Shown one piece after another: positions 18,073-28,919 of a stretch of DNA of 64,000 nucleotides. The notes beneath the pieces were generated by a model, which made no database searches, was not told where the DNA came from, and saw nothing but the letters and a program-made list of their open reading frames with translations. How positions within the stretch are numbered: the first letter of the stretch is position 1; every line of letters starts with the position of its first letter. A program made the position numbers and the translations under genes. Source of the stretch: a virus; IMG/VR virus record IMGVR_UViG_3300044796_000222, positions 29,014-93,013 of that record; one strand, written 5' to 3'.

Positions 18073-19800
18073 TCAGGCCCGCGCGGCGGAACCGTTCATG
18101 ACGGCGAAGAGCGCCTGAGACCGCGAAACCGTCTGGTTCTTCGCCGACATCTTCGCGATGTACGCGTTGATCTTCTGGTCGACGGTCGCTTCCTTGCCGC
18201 CTTCGCCACCAAGCGTGGTCTCGCGGATGCTCGTCGGGTCCGGCGCGACCTGCGTGAAGTCGGTCGGGCGATCGCCGGCTGCTACGCCGTCAAAGATGGC
18301 TTTGAAATTCGCATCGAACGCCTTCGGCGCGTGCTTCAGCATCGTCAAGAGGCCCTCGCGAGACTCCGGCGTGTCGCTGAACTTGAAGCCGTAGGTCTCG
18401 CCGCACTTGATCACGACGTTGACCTTCGCGTTGAGGGCGATGTCGTCGCGCTTGGTGATCTCTGCCTTCGCGGCATCGAGATCCGTGCGGAGAGTCGTGA
18501 TCTGCGACTCCGCAGCTTTCAACTCGACGACCTTTGCAATGACGTCCTCATCGGTCGCGGTGGCAGGCAAGCCCATCGCCGACTTCGCGGTGAGGAGCGC
18601 CTTCTGAGCCGCAGCGCCAACGGCAGCGGTAGCAGCGGACGCCTTGAGCGCCGTGACGGCAGCCACAGCAGCGGTTTCGTTGGCAGACTCGTTGAGTTCG
18701 AGTGCGGTCAAAAGCAGTTTCATCTCAGCACCACCTTCCATGGGCACGTAGTCACGTTCGACTTGTGTAGCCGTCGCATCCAATTCAACGTCGCCACCAT
18801 CGACGACCTTGAATCCGATCTTGAACAGCCGATCCTTGTGGTTGACGATCGCGTAGTCATCGAAGATTTCGACGACCCGCGCGTTCCAACCGAGCGCGTC
18901 ATAGACGTGCTCACAAACTTCTTGGCAGATGTCACTGAGCGAGATATCGCGCAGTTTGATGAGCGCGCGCTTATCTGAGCACGCGAGGCTCTTCTTCACG
19001 GCGTCATCGACGAACACGCGGCGCATCGCGACGTTTCGCGCGCTCATCATCCCGGCTTGCTCGTCGCCACCCTCATCGTCGCCGAGGTCGCCGTCGCACT
19101 TGACGCACTTGGTAGCGTCCTTCGTGTTGACGGTGCCGCACATCTTGCACATCTTGTAGACGTTGCTGGCCGCAACCGGCGCGACGTCATCCGTCGCGGC
19201 CACAGCCGCAGCATCGTTCTTTTTCGCCATCGCGATCGCCGCCTCCGCTTGCTTCGCTGTCACCCGATCCATTCCATCGAGGAACGGTCGGTTGGTGAGG
19301 GCGACGCTGGTGAGCATCGCTCCAATCTTTTTGCCAGTCACTCGATCGCGCGCAGCGAACTGGACGGCCGGCGAGATGTAGCGATACTCGCCGCCGCGCA
19401 CGTATTGGCAGCCTTCGCTGTTCTGGTTCCACTCGACCAGAGCCTCCATGCGAAACTCGTCGTATCGGAGTTCGATGATGAAGCCGCTGGCGGGCGCACC
19501 GTGCTGATAGACGCCACCGTCAATCGCTTCGCTCGCGTGCTCGAAGTCGAGCGGTGGTTTGCTTTGCTGAGAGGCGAAGTTGTCCGCCATCTCTTTGTAT
19601 TGCTTGAGGCCGAACTCAAACTCGCCAGCCGGGTGCCCCTTGTAGACGCCCGTCTTCGCGACCTGAATCCACGTCTTCGGCTTGCCGACGAGCGCCTTGT
19701 CCGCGCACTGCACGATCAAGTCGTCGCGGACGCTATCGCCGATCTCTTGATTCAGTTCCGGCGCCAGATGCCCGGTGATGAATTGCGCCTTAGCTGCCAT
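18073..19800 (-). CDS. Prohead protease/scaffold (Mu gpI-like)
   Basis: WIQVAKTG, LDFEHAS, APASGFI, EYRYISP, SVALTNRPFLDGM motifs; coiled-coil C-terminus. Start may be 19821. Confidence 0.92.
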   Translation of the reverse strand: MAAKAQFITGHLAPELNQEIGDSVRDDLIVQCADKALVGKPKTWIQVAKTGVYKGHPAGEFEFGLKQYKEMADNFASQQSKPPLDFEHASEAIDGGVYQHGAPASGFIIELRYDEFRMEALVEWNQNSEGCQYVRGGEYRYISPAVQFAARDRVTGKKIGAMLTSVALTNRPFLDGMDRVTAKQAEAAIAMAKKNDAAAVAATDDVAPVAASNVYKMCKMCGTVNTKDATKCVKCDGDLGDDEGGDEQAGMMSARNVAMRRVFVDDAVKKSLACSDKRALIKLRDISLSDICQEVCEHVYDALGWNARVVEIFDDYAIVNHKDRLFKIGFKVVDGGDVELDATATQVERDYVPMEGGAEMKLLLTALELNESANETAAVAAVTALKASAATAAVGAAAQKALLTAKSAMGLPATATDEDVIAKVVELKAAESQITTLRTDLDAAKAEITKRDDIALNAKVNVVIKCGETYGFKFSDTPESREGLLTMLKHAPKAFDANFKAIFDGVAAGDRPTDFTQVAPDPTSIRETTLGGEGGKEATVDQKINAYIAKMSAKNQTVSRSQALFAVMNGSAARA

Positions 19801-21370
19801 CGTCGATATCCCCAGCGCCATCGCGGTTGTCGTCCTTGCCGTTGTCGCTACCTTCGCCGCCCTCAGCCGGACTCTTCGGGCGCGTTTCGCCTTCGGCCAG
19901 CGCAGGCGGCCCGCCGTTCGTGCCCTGAGCCATTGGATACAAGTAGAGTTGCGTCTGCTTGCCAGCGGGGCGCGGCGCCATCGTGAAGTGGCTTCGCATC
20001 CAATCGCACTCGATCTGAAGCCCGCGATCGATTAGACCAACAGTGCGCGTGTACTCGCCCTGAAGGTCGTCGCTCGACGCCGGATACAACTCGAACGTCG
20101 GGCAGTAGAGGTCGCAGAGTTCCTTGCCGAACTGCTTGCGAATGAGCGGCTGAAGGATGTAGCGGTGGAACGTCTCCGACATCGCAACGCGGTCGTCGCG
20201 CGCAATGTCGTCACGAACCCTGTCCTGCACCTTGCCGAGCGCGTGCGTGCCGTGACCAGGCGCTTCAGTCGTGAGCGTCTGCCCCAAGACCGCCTTCGAC
20301 ATCGCGGCGTCGAGATAGGTTGTGAGCGTGTGGTGGACGGTGTTGTGGCCGTCAGGCTGCACCAACTCGAACTTCGCCGTCGCCGGGAGTACCGCCGTCG
20401 TCATCGACGACATACGGTCCAACATCTTCTTCGCGAGTTGAATGTCCGCCGCGTCCGCGTTCTTTTCGAAGTACGCAATGCGCCACGGCTGGCCGAACAA
20501 CTCGCTGAACTTCATCCAGTCGCGGACGGTCCAGATGCTAAACATCGAATAGAACGTCAGCACACGACCAAGACCCTGACGCGTCGGGATCTCAGGACCC
20601 ATCGGCTTCGGGGTATGCACCGCGAAACGGTCAGGCCACGTGGCGAAGATGTCTACGCCGGGGAAGATGCCGAGCTGCGGATCGTACTCGTTACCTTGCT
20701 CGTCCCAGAGGTGAACGCGCCAACTGACGGTATAGGAGAGGCGCTTCGGCTGAATGCCGTACAACTCCTCGACGCCGATACCGAAACGGTCGCGCTTCCA
20801 CTTGATTTCGACAGCGCTGGCCGGGTAGTAAATACCGCCGGCAAGATGTCGAAGCGCCATGCCGAGTTGCGGGATCTCCGCAATTCGCATCTGCGCATAC
20901 TCGTTGATCTTGTTCGCGACCTTGACCGAACGCTTCGAGCCGCCCGGATACTTCGGGATCGTGCGCCACTTGCATCCGCTGATCGCAAGCTCGCGCGTCG
21001 AGAGAACCGCGTGGAGGTGAGGGACCTTCTCGCGCTGCTCAGTGAGCAAGTCGCAGAACTGAGCCATGTAGCCCAGGTTCGCGCGGTAGAGCGCCTGCGA
21101 TACGCTTGCAGGGTCCATCGACGGACCCTGGATGTACGGCATCCGGGCGATGTACGGCGAGTCCGCCGCAACGGTGCCAGGCGTCGACCGAATCGGCTCA
21201 CTCGGCCACTGCGGTCCAATCGTGCGGGACAACGCAACGATCGTGTCGTGGATTTCCTGCTTCGTCAGGACCGGGCGATCGGCCGCCTCTACTTCGGCTC
21301 GGCCGCTCTCACGCCACGCTTGCGCGACCGCATTGAAGGTTGCGGACGCACGCTCGCGGAACGACGCCAC
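19790..21370 (-). CDS. Portal protein (Mu gp29/DUF935-like)
   Basis: HLHAVLSTR, DWMKFSELFGQPWR, SKAVLGQTLTT, THALGKVQDRVRDDI motifs. Confidence 0.93.
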   Translation of the reverse strand: MASFRERASATFNAVAQAWRESGRAEVEAADRPVLTKQEIHDTIVALSRTIGPQWPSEPIRSTPGTVAADSPYIARMPYIQGPSMDPASVSQALYRANLGYMAQFCDLLTEQREKVPHLHAVLSTRELAISGCKWRTIPKYPGGSKRSVKVANKINEYAQMRIAEIPQLGMALRHLAGGIYYPASAVEIKWKRDRFGIGVEELYGIQPKRLSYTVSWRVHLWDEQGNEYDPQLGIFPGVDIFATWPDRFAVHTPKPMGPEIPTRQGLGRVLTFYSMFSIWTVRDWMKFSELFGQPWRIAYFEKNADAADIQLAKKMLDRMSSMTTAVLPATAKFELVQPDGHNTVHHTLTTYLDAAMSKAVLGQTLTTEAPGHGTHALGKVQDRVRDDIARDDRVAMSETFHRYILQPLIRKQFGKELCDLYCPTFELYPASSDDLQGEYTRTVGLIDRGLQIECDWMRSHFTMAPRPAGKQTQLYLYPMAQGTNGGPPALAEGETRPKSPAEGGEGSDNGKDDNRDGAGDIDDGS

Positions 21371-23047
21371 TTAGAATCCGCGACCCTTGCGCTCGTACAT
21401 GGAGAGAACACCTTCGGGAGCCCAGCCATCCGGCGCGGTCGGCTTGAACGCTTCTGGAACTTCGTCGCCCACACGCTCGACGCCACCCTTGGTCATCGAT
21501 CCTGCGGCGTACTGGTCGTAACTGGTGCGGGCGCCGGAGACCTCGATCGTGAAGTCGGCGCCGCCGAGCGCGTCGTAGGCCCAAGCCATCGCGTCGACTT
21601 GATCATCGTGAGGATCGCTAACGCCAGTGAAGGCGAGAACCTCGGATTGGAACTTGTCGATCCACTCGTACTGCGCAGACGCTGACTCATCCTCGATCCC
21701 ATACCGATCGCCTTCTGGCGACACGCACGGGTTGGGAAGCAGAATCAGCCCAGCATTCCAGGCCGCCGCAACCGGCTGGGCGCGGACGAACTTATCAGAG
21801 CGCGTGATGTCGATCTGAAAGTTCAGCGATGGACCGGAGTATGACTTGGCTTCGCCGCGACCGCGATTGCCGTCGACGCCACCGAACTCAGAGTCGTCGT
21901 CCTTCGCGTTCATCAGGTCGAGCGAGCCGGCCTCGACGCTGGCGACGTAGCCGCCGATGCGAGCGCTGGGATACTCTCGACGAAGGCCGCGAAGCACGGC
22001 CCTGAACTGCGGAGTCGCCGCGTGCATCCTGATAACCTTCAGGACGTAGTAGATGCCTTTGTGGAGCATCATCACGACTGCGGCGGCGTAGTCGGATGAC
22101 GTCTTCGCCGAGTAGGCCAGGTCGCACCCGATGGCGATCCTGAAACTGTCTACAGGTAATTCGTTGGCGGCGTATAGAGCGACGCCGTTGAAAACGGAAC
22201 CACCCTTTCGACGCGGGCGACAGTCGTATAAGCACGCCCACTCGTATTCTCCGATTTTAGATCGGATTGTGGTAAGCGCTTTGACTGGCCATCGTTCGGG
22301 CCAGAGCGATGTCCCTGCCTCTCGCCCTGTCGGGTCGTCCTCGCCAGCGATTGCTGGCAAGCAGATCGTTTCCCAATCTCCGTCGCCGCTCTTTATCTGC
22401 CTTCCCTGGAGATCGTCGTCATGCCATCTCGTGTGGCACACTATAACGGAGCCGTTTGGCTCTCGACGCGTCAAAGCCGTCGACTGGAACCATTCGCTAA
22501 CTGCTTCGCGCTTGATCGCGGACTCTGCGGCGGCTCTGTCTTTGTGGGGGTCGTCGACAAATATGCATTGTGCGCCGAAGCCTGTCAGGCTCCCACCTAC
22601 ACCCACAGCAATCACCCCCCCACGATTCGAGGTGCGCCACTCGCTTTTGGAGTTCGTCTCTTTCGAGAATTCGACCCCGGCGAGCCTGGCGTACTCCCGC
22701 GCCTTCGATGACTGGAATAGCGCGAGTTTCGATGAGTAGGACGCGTATGCGATCGTCCAGTCCGAATGGCTGACGAGCAGCCACGCGATTGAATGAAGCA
22801 ACGTCTCGGATTTTGAAAAACGAGGCGGCACGCTGAGCAGGGCGAATACTTGCTCGCCGGATCGAATGCGCTCCAACACGGAAAGTAGCGGGGCCAGGTG
22901 GAGTGGTTTGCTAAACTTCGGCGAAATCCTAGGAATGAAGTCCGCCAGCGACTCCGAAGATCCACGCGTCGTCTGAAGTTGCGTCTCGATCTGCCTCTTG
23001 TGAGGTTCGAGAACCTCATCGAGAATGCTGCGCTTGCCACCAGCCAT
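21371..23047 (-). CDS. terL: Terminase large subunit
   Basis: Walker A PPRFSKS, Walker B IFVDDPHKD, TRWHDDDL; nuclease motifs GCDLA, DKFVRA, HDDQVDA. Confidence 0.95.
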   Translation of the reverse strand: MAGGKRSILDEVLEPHKRQIETQLQTTRGSSESLADFIPRISPKFSKPLHLAPLLSVLERIRSGEQVFALLSVPPRFSKSETLLHSIAWLLVSHSDWTIAYASYSSKLALFQSSKAREYARLAGVEFSKETNSKSEWRTSNRGGVIAVGVGGSLTGFGAQCIFVDDPHKDRAAAESAIKREAVSEWFQSTALTRREPNGSVIVCHTRWHDDDLQGRQIKSGDGDWETICLPAIAGEDDPTGREAGTSLWPERWPVKALTTIRSKIGEYEWACLYDCRPRRKGGSVFNGVALYAANELPVDSFRIAIGCDLAYSAKTSSDYAAAVVMMLHKGIYYVLKVIRMHAATPQFRAVLRGLRREYPSARIGGYVASVEAGSLDLMNAKDDDSEFGGVDGNRGRGEAKSYSGPSLNFQIDITRSDKFVRAQPVAAAWNAGLILLPNPCVSPEGDRYGIEDESASAQYEWIDKFQSEVLAFTGVSDPHDDQVDAMAWAYDALGGADFTIEVSGARTSYDQYAAGSMTKGGVERVGDEVPEAFKPTAPDGWAPEGVLSMYERKGRGF

Positions 23048-23580
23048 CAGTGCGTAGTGGCCGCGTCGATGTCCGCGAGAACGCTGTCCTGCGTGATCGT
23101 CTCGGACTCGTCGGCGTCAATCTCTTGCGCGCGGGTCATCGCGGTCATGATCCGCTGCATCAACTGCGGCTCGTTGGCGAACTCACTGCGGAGTGCCACG
23201 ACAAGCCCGTTGAGCGTGGCCTTCAGGACGGCGCGCGTGTTCGGGTGGAACTCTTGCGGCATCTGCCGTTCGATGACCCAGCACGCCAACTTCGTGTCGA
23301 GCCCCGCCGGGTTGTCAACGTCGAGGCCCGCTTCGATCACATCGAGCGCCTTGTCAACGAGAATTGACTCGGCCCTCTGCGCCCTCTCGAAGAACTGCGC
23401 GAACGGGCTATCGCCTTGGTCGGCGAGTCGGCGCCACGTCACCCATCGAGCGGGCGTGACGCCGAGTGACCGAGCGGCGCGAGCAAGCGGGACGCCCTTG
23501 GATGACTTCTCGATGATCTGGCGCGCAAGCTCCTGCGTCAGACCGCATCGAGTCACCCACTGAGCATCGCCGCCGGCCAT
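23047..23580 (-). CDS. terS: Terminase small subunit
   Basis: N-terminal HTH, FFERAQRAE, ACWVIER..P.EF; stop overlaps the terL start. Confidence 0.8.
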   Translation of the reverse strand: MAGGDAQWVTRCGLTQELARQIIEKSSKGVPLARAARSLGVTPARWVTWRRLADQGDSPFAQFFERAQRAESILVDKALDVIEAGLDVDNPAGLDTKLACWVIERQMPQEFHPNTRAVLKATLNGLVVALRSEFANEPQLMQRIMTAMTRAQEIDADESETITQDSVLADIDAATTH

Positions 23581-23583
23581 CGC

Positions 23584-24666
23584 TTACCAGTTCGCGAGAA
23601 CGTACGAGAGCGTCGAGGTTTCCGTCGCCGACGAGTCAGCGAAGACGAGCGAGCCCGTGCCGGCGCCAGTCGTCACCGTGCAAGACAGGTTGCCCATCGT
23701 TCCAACCGCCGCGAGACGCCCGTAGCCAAGGCCGTCGCCAGTGCGAACGAAGAGGTTCGCGACGGTAACCGCGCCGCTCGACAGCGCCGCCGTGGTGCCC
23801 TTCTCGACACGCGGGTACCAAGCCGTCGACGTCGTGTCGATCACCACCGCGCCGGTCGTGGTCATCTTCCATTCGGACGACGAGTAGCGCGTGCCTTCGC
23901 TGACCTGGACGAGCATGCCGTTCAGGGCCGTGGCGCCAGTAGCATAGCCGGCAGGACGCGTGAGAGGCGCTGTGCCGGTCGTCACTGTGCCGACGACGTA
24001 GAGGCCGTTCTGAGACGCCGTCGTCTGCATCGGCAGAAGGACGATGTCGCCAGCCACGTTCGTAACGTCGTCGTTTCCGGCGACCGTAAAGGAACTCAGG
24101 GACGCGACGTTCGCGGGGACGATGTTGCGAGCCTGGTTCGTGAGGGAGACGGCTGCGGGGCTCGCGCCAGTGGCGGCTGGGATTGAGAACTCGACCCAGA
24201 CGCCGAACGTCGTGTCGACGCTTTTGATCTTGCCGGCGATGGGGCGCGTGCCGCCGGCACTTGTGAGAGCCACGGTTTGGTCATCAACCACGTAGCAGTA
24301 GGCGCCGATGTTAGCGCTTGTAATCGCGTCGGCCCCGGCACTGTTGGCCATGGGGAAGGCAGAGGCGCCCCCTACGACGGGGCACTGGATTGCGCCTGCG
24401 CCACCCGCCGTGTTGTCGGCAGTGATTGCGGCGCAACCGATGATGGTTAGCGTGTTGAGCGCGGTTGCCCGGTTGAGGTTGCCGCTCGCGTCCAAGCCAA
24501 CCATTCCGGTGGCGATGATTTTTGTGCTCGCAGCGACGGGGAAGCCCTTCACCTGAGACGCCGATCCGCTAACCACGACCGTGGTTGGGTTGACGTACTG
24601 TGCAGCCTGAAACGGCGGCCAAGCGTAGAAGGTCGTTGAACTACGGGGCGATACGATTGCGCTCAT
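23584..24666 (-). CDS. Capsid cement-domain / head-fibre fusion protein
   Basis: N-terminal PVAASTKI...ADNTAG...CYVVDDQTV...AGKI..VD..GVWVEF; C-terminal AGDIVLL..QTTASQNGLYVV...LTR domain. Confidence 0.7.
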   Translation of the reverse strand: MSAIVSPRSSTTFYAWPPFQAAQYVNPTTVVVSGSASQVKGFPVAASTKIIATGMVGLDASGNLNRATALNTLTIIGCAAITADNTAGGAGAIQCPVVGGASAFPMANSAGADAITSANIGAYCYVVDDQTVALTSAGGTRPIAGKIKSVDTTFGVWVEFSIPAATGASPAAVSLTNQARNIVPANVASLSSFTVAGNDDVTNVAGDIVLLPMQTTASQNGLYVVGTVTTGTAPLTRPAGYATGATALNGMLVQVSEGTRYSSSEWKMTTTGAVVIDTTSTAWYPRVEKGTTAALSSGAVTVANLFVRTGDGLGYGRLAAVGTMGNLSCTVTTGAGTGSLVFADSSATETSTLSYVLANW

Positions 24667-24898
24667 GGTCGTGCCTCTCGTTCATGGAGAACGCGGTCTG
24701 GTGAGACGTGGTGCGGATAGACCCGCGAGATGTTGGCGAGCGCCTGCGGTCCTGGACGCGCGGAGCTGCGAGCGTACCTATCTTGAACGTTCTACCTCGC
24801 GAGGCAATCAAGATGTCTCAAGAGAAATCCATTGAAATTCTTCTGATTCAAGTTTTCTCACTTGCGATCTACGCTGTGGCCGTCTAAAACCGCGCTTC
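24667..24898. promoter_or_regulatory. Divergent intergenic region, probably containing the late promoter
   Basis: Strand switch; AT-rich tract at about 24805-24865; palindrome CCTCGCGAGG at 24795-24804. Confidence 0.5.
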
Positions 24899-25144
24899 AT
24901 GGAGCGACTGCCAGATCCGAAGGGGCCATACGTCGAACGCGTGAAGGAGAAGTTGCGAAAGGGGGAGCGACCTGACGTTGTGCGGTGGAAGGGCGTCGCC
25001 GCAGCGCTGAACATGTCGGAAGACGCACTGCTGCGGATGCGCCGGTCCGGTCGCGCGAAAGAGATTCCAGTATTCCGCCAGCGCAACGGGGTGCTTGTCT
25101 CCTTCGTGGAGATCATCCTCGTTTGGGCCTCAGAGGAGCCATGA
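24899..25144 (+). CDS. Small HTH DNA-binding protein (excisionase/Cro-like)
   Basis: WKGVAAALNMSEDALLRM helix-turn-helix pattern. Confidence 0.6.
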   Translation: MERLPDPKGPYVERVKEKLRKGERPDVVRWKGVAAALNMSEDALLRMRRSGRAKEIPVFRQRNGVLVSFVEIILVWASEEP

Positions 25145-25413
25145 TCTACTTCATCCAGGCTGGGCACGTGCCGCTCAGAAGGCTCAGCCGTCGTTCGCTG
25201 AGAGCGACGTGGAGGGCGCCCGTGCCGCCGAGCGCCTGAAGGCCGCTGGCGAGCGCGACAAGTTGCGCGCCAAGCACTACGAAGAAACACGGAATCACTC
25301 GAACGTCTTGTGGGAAGAACGAGAAGTGCTGCGCGAAGCGAAGGCTGAGATCGAGCGCCTCCGCGCTTCCCTCGCGCTCTTGACGCCGCCGAAGTCGTTC
25401 TTACCATCCGAGC

Positions 25414-25779
25414 ATGACCGTCGCTGAATCCAACGTCGTCTGGTGCTACTCCGATCAGAAGAACCCCGACTCGTGGCCGAACCACGCCGACACGCGCGAG
25501 CAGGCTATCGAGATGGGTCGAGAGACCTACGGGCACGACGTCACGTTCTGGATCGCGATGGGGCATCGGCAGGGCGCTTCCGGTATCGCGCTCGACGCTG
25601 ACGGCTACATCGAAAACATGCGCGACCACGCCGCCGAGGAGTGCGAGGACGGCGCGGAGTTCGTCGAAGTGAAGCCGGGCGGCAAGGAAGCGCTCGACGC
25701 TCTACTCGCGACGTGGCTCGCTCAATACGTCGAGGTGACCTACTGGATCGTCGACGGCGAGCAGGTGCAAATTGACTGA
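25414..25779 (+). CDS. Hypothetical protein
   Basis: Acidic 121-aa ORF in an overlapping gene array. Confidence 0.7.
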   Translation: MTVAESNVVWCYSDQKNPDSWPNHADTREQAIEMGRETYGHDVTFWIAMGHRQGASGIALDADGYIENMRDHAAEECEDGAEFVEVKPGGKEALDALLATWLAQYVEVTYWIVDGEQVQID

Positions 25780-26134
25780 CCGCCGCCTCACCATCGTCGT
25801 GGACGCCGACCAGAATCCTCCCATCGATCCGATCGCATGCGCCCTCATCGCGCTCTGGCGATCGAATGGCGCCGTGACCGCCGACGGTGCCGAGTGGTTG
25901 CTGAAGTCCAGCACTGGCATGCGCCATGAGTGGCTCGCTCGTGATGCCGAGCATGTTGCCCCGCTGGTTGCGTGGATCGAAACGGTCGTCCGCGCGAAAA
26001 TCGAGGCGGAGAACGCTGCCCGTGTCGCCTCCGACAAGGCCGCACTTCGCGCCGTATTCCACGAACATCGCATGGCGTCACCGGCTGTCGGCGGCATGCT
26101 CGGTACCGCTTCCGAAGTGCGAGGGCCGCGATGA
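25772..26134 (+). CDS. Hypothetical protein
   Basis: Overlaps neighbours at both ends. Confidence 0.6.
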   Translation: MTDRRLTIVVDADQNPPIDPIACALIALWRSNGAVTADGAEWLLKSSTGMRHEWLARDAEHVAPLVAWIETVVRAKIEAENAARVASDKAALRAVFHEHRMASPAVGGMLGTASEVRGPR

Positions 26135-27144
26135 GGGTCGGCCTGAGCCCAGAACTCGATGAGGCCGCATTGGCCTACTGGCGAGCCAACAGGCGGCCAG
26201 GACGCGTTACCGTCGCACCGAAACTCGACCTAAGAAGTCAGATGATGGCGATTGGGCCAACATTGGCCAAGGGCGTGTCTGGAGATGATCTGGAAACGTT
26301 CGTTGCCGGTGTATGGTCTGTCGACAAAATTAAAGACCCTATCGTCGGGCCGATGCTCTCGATGCCTGGCTTCAGGTCGTTCGCTGGATTCGCTGCGAGG
26401 TGGGCAATGTGTGGATTCCCAGCAGTGTCCGTTGGCCACAGGCTGACTGCGTCGCTGATGTCTACAACCGTGTCACCTGACATCATCGGCGAGATCGTGT
26501 TCCCATGGCCAGCGTTCTCCGTGAACATCCCTCATGGGCTGATCTCGACCATCAGCCCGCAAAGCGGGTTGGCTGAAAGCATCAGCAACGCCTGCATTCA
26601 CAGGTACGTCGACGCTGCCGGCGATGTTTGGTTCGACCTGATCTGTGCCGCCGACACGTGTGAACTTCAGAGCGTGAACGTAAGAGCGGACGTGTTTTTT
26701 CGAGATGATTCGCGAGAGTCGCTGGCCGACGGAGAGTTCTGTGTTGGAGTGGACGAATCAGACGAGCGCGCGCTACTGCTCGTGCGTAGACTGCTTGTCG
26801 GTGTGTGTATCGAAATGAGCGACCGTGCGAATTCGAAGCCTCAAAACAAGAAGGCGCGCATGGGATGCCATGGCGTCATCGATAGAAATGCGCCGGGCAT
26901 GTCGCTCTGGCTTCTGACGCGAGACGTGAAGATCGATGCTCGTGAGGCATGCCGAGAATTCGTGAGCCATGGAGGAAGGTCGCCGGCCGTTCAATCGATG
27001 GTGCGTGGACACCACAAGCGTCAAGCGCATGGTCGGAACGGTTCACTTCGGAAGTGGATTCACGTTGAACCTTACTGGCGCGGACCAGAGGATGCGCCGA
27101 TCGCGGTGCGCTCTCACCGACTGGACGACGGTGCTGCGTCATGA
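26131..27144 (+). CDS. Hypothetical phage protein with C-terminal VRGHxR...WIxxYWRG motif
   Basis: ATGA overlap at 26131; C-terminal motif recurrent in phage proteins. Confidence 0.7.
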   Translation: MRVGLSPELDEAALAYWRANRRPGRVTVAPKLDLRSQMMAIGPTLAKGVSGDDLETFVAGVWSVDKIKDPIVGPMLSMPGFRSFAGFAARWAMCGFPAVSVGHRLTASLMSTTVSPDIIGEIVFPWPAFSVNIPHGLISTISPQSGLAESISNACIHRYVDAAGDVWFDLICAADTCELQSVNVRADVFFRDDSRESLADGEFCVGVDESDERALLLVRRLLVGVCIEMSDRANSKPQNKKARMGCHGVIDRNAPGMSLWLLTRDVKIDAREACREFVSHGGRSPAVQSMVRGHHKRQAHGRNGSLRKWIHVEPYWRGPEDAPIAVRSHRLDDGAAS

Positions 27145-28919
27145 CCGCCAACCCCACCAGAGGCGCCTGGCTAGTCCGCCGCGCCACCCTAGACGAAGAG
27201 ATCGCGCGCCTGACGAAGCGCCTCGCGGAGCCGTCGGATCGCAGTAGCCCGCACAATCGCCTCCTAGACTTCGAATCGCGCCGACGTGCCCAAGAGCGCC
27301 TCACAGTCGCGCTGGCTGAACGCCTCGCCCACGGCAGCGATCCCGGCCCCAACGCCGTCGAGTTCGGCTTCGACTGGCTCGCTGGGCACACGCGAAGGAT
27401 CGCGAAAGAGCGTGATGTCGCGCTGGCGAAGTTGAAACGAATGGGGGCGGCCTGATGTTCATTTGCGACGACTGCCGAAAGAAGAACTGCGCCAACGAAC
27501 GCGAATTTATGACGTCGTGGGGCACGTGCGAGTTCTGCAAGGCGCAGGCGTCGTGCTCTGACATCCATCACTCGCGGCTGCGTCTGAGGCTACCCGCGAT
27601 CGACCCGATCATGCGCGAGTTGCTGGCCATCGTGGCGACGATGGAGGACGCGTGCGCCGACAGCCACCTGAACGCCAACACGCTCGCAGCCGGCGCGCGA
27701 CGCGTTGATACGCACCGCGATCGCTACGTCGGCGACATCGCGGCACTGGAGTCCGTAGCCGCGCATATCGAAACGATCGTTCGTGAGAAGGTCTTTCGCG
27801 AAATGCTTGCCCGCAAACTGAAAGAACTGGCGCCAGCGTTCGAGGCGGACTTGGCTGAAGCGAAGAAGGGTGGAAGCGATGTCTGACACAACGATCAAGA
27901 TCGAACCATCGACAGCGGACTTGCGCGAAGCCGTCTCCGAGTGGGCGACCAAGCGCTTCGGCGCGACGTTCGGCCAGGACAGTGGCGGCGCTTGCCGAGC
28001 ACTTCCCAAGTCGGCTCGCGGCTTCTTCGACGCCATCAAGAAACTCGTTTCGCACCTTCCGACTATGACGCTCGACGTGACGCACACGCTGCCCGCTCGT
28101 TGGGTCGCCGTCGCTTACGTCCATCAAGGTCGCGTCAAGCGCTACCAACTGAGGCATGAACGGAACCGCAAGGTCCGCACGCGAGTCCATGACGTCACGT
28201 TTCGGCGAGACGGGCAGTCGATCGTCGGCGACGGGTGGGCGTGATGACTTGCGCCACCATATGTCGAGCATGCCACCAAATGACGCCGGCCGTTTCGCCG
28301 GTCATCCTGGCATTCGCGCCCGTCTACACCAAAACGTGCGCCAAGTGCCAGGGCATCAACGCGACGAATCGGATGCCGGAAGGCTCAGTCGTCGATTGGG
28401 GATACGAGGCAGAGGCTAAGCCGACGCCCGGAACCGTCAATCACACGACCGTCGACGGCAAAGGCGCTGTCGCGAGGCTGCGGAGGAAGCGATGACCGAC
28501 ATCGAGAAACTCATCGAACTCATCATGGCGCGCACAACCACCGTCGCGTGGGTCGGTTTCGCGCGAGACTTCAACTACTTCGTCATCCTCTACGGGCGAG
28601 CCGTCAGCGACGACGACGTTGCCGTAGCGAAGCGCTGCGTCTGCGACGTCTATCCGAAAGCCATCAACCTGGACGTGATTCGCGCTCGCGTGAGGTTGGA
28701 GGACCTGTCATGACCGACGAAGAAATCAAGACGCACAACGACGCAGTAGAAGCCGAATACGCAACGATGCTCACAACGCTGCCTGCCGAGGAGCGGCGCT
28801 TTGCGTTCGATCTTGCGCGCGAACTCTTACTCAAGAGCGAATACGCCTCGCCGGTTGACTCGTTGCGCAAAGCGACGTGGTTCCACTCCGAGGCGAAAAG
28901 GCGCGGGCTACTGATATGA
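27141..28919 (+). other. Array of six small hypothetical genes (27141-27455, 27455-27886, 27879-28244, 28244-28495, 28492-28713, 28710-28919)
   Basis: Consecutive start/stop overlaps; two carry CxxC pairs. Confidence 0.65.

Noticed and set aside
20165-21685. Long antisense ORFs (e.g. 20165-21685 +, 54399-55823 -, 29978-31261 -)
   Set aside because: Shadow frames of real genes, expected in high-GC DNA; no recognisable motifs.
21371-23047. Intein or intron in terL
   Set aside because: Motifs are colinear at normal spacing, with no splice-junction motifs. The ATPase half looks somewhat more AT-rich, but this could not be quantified.
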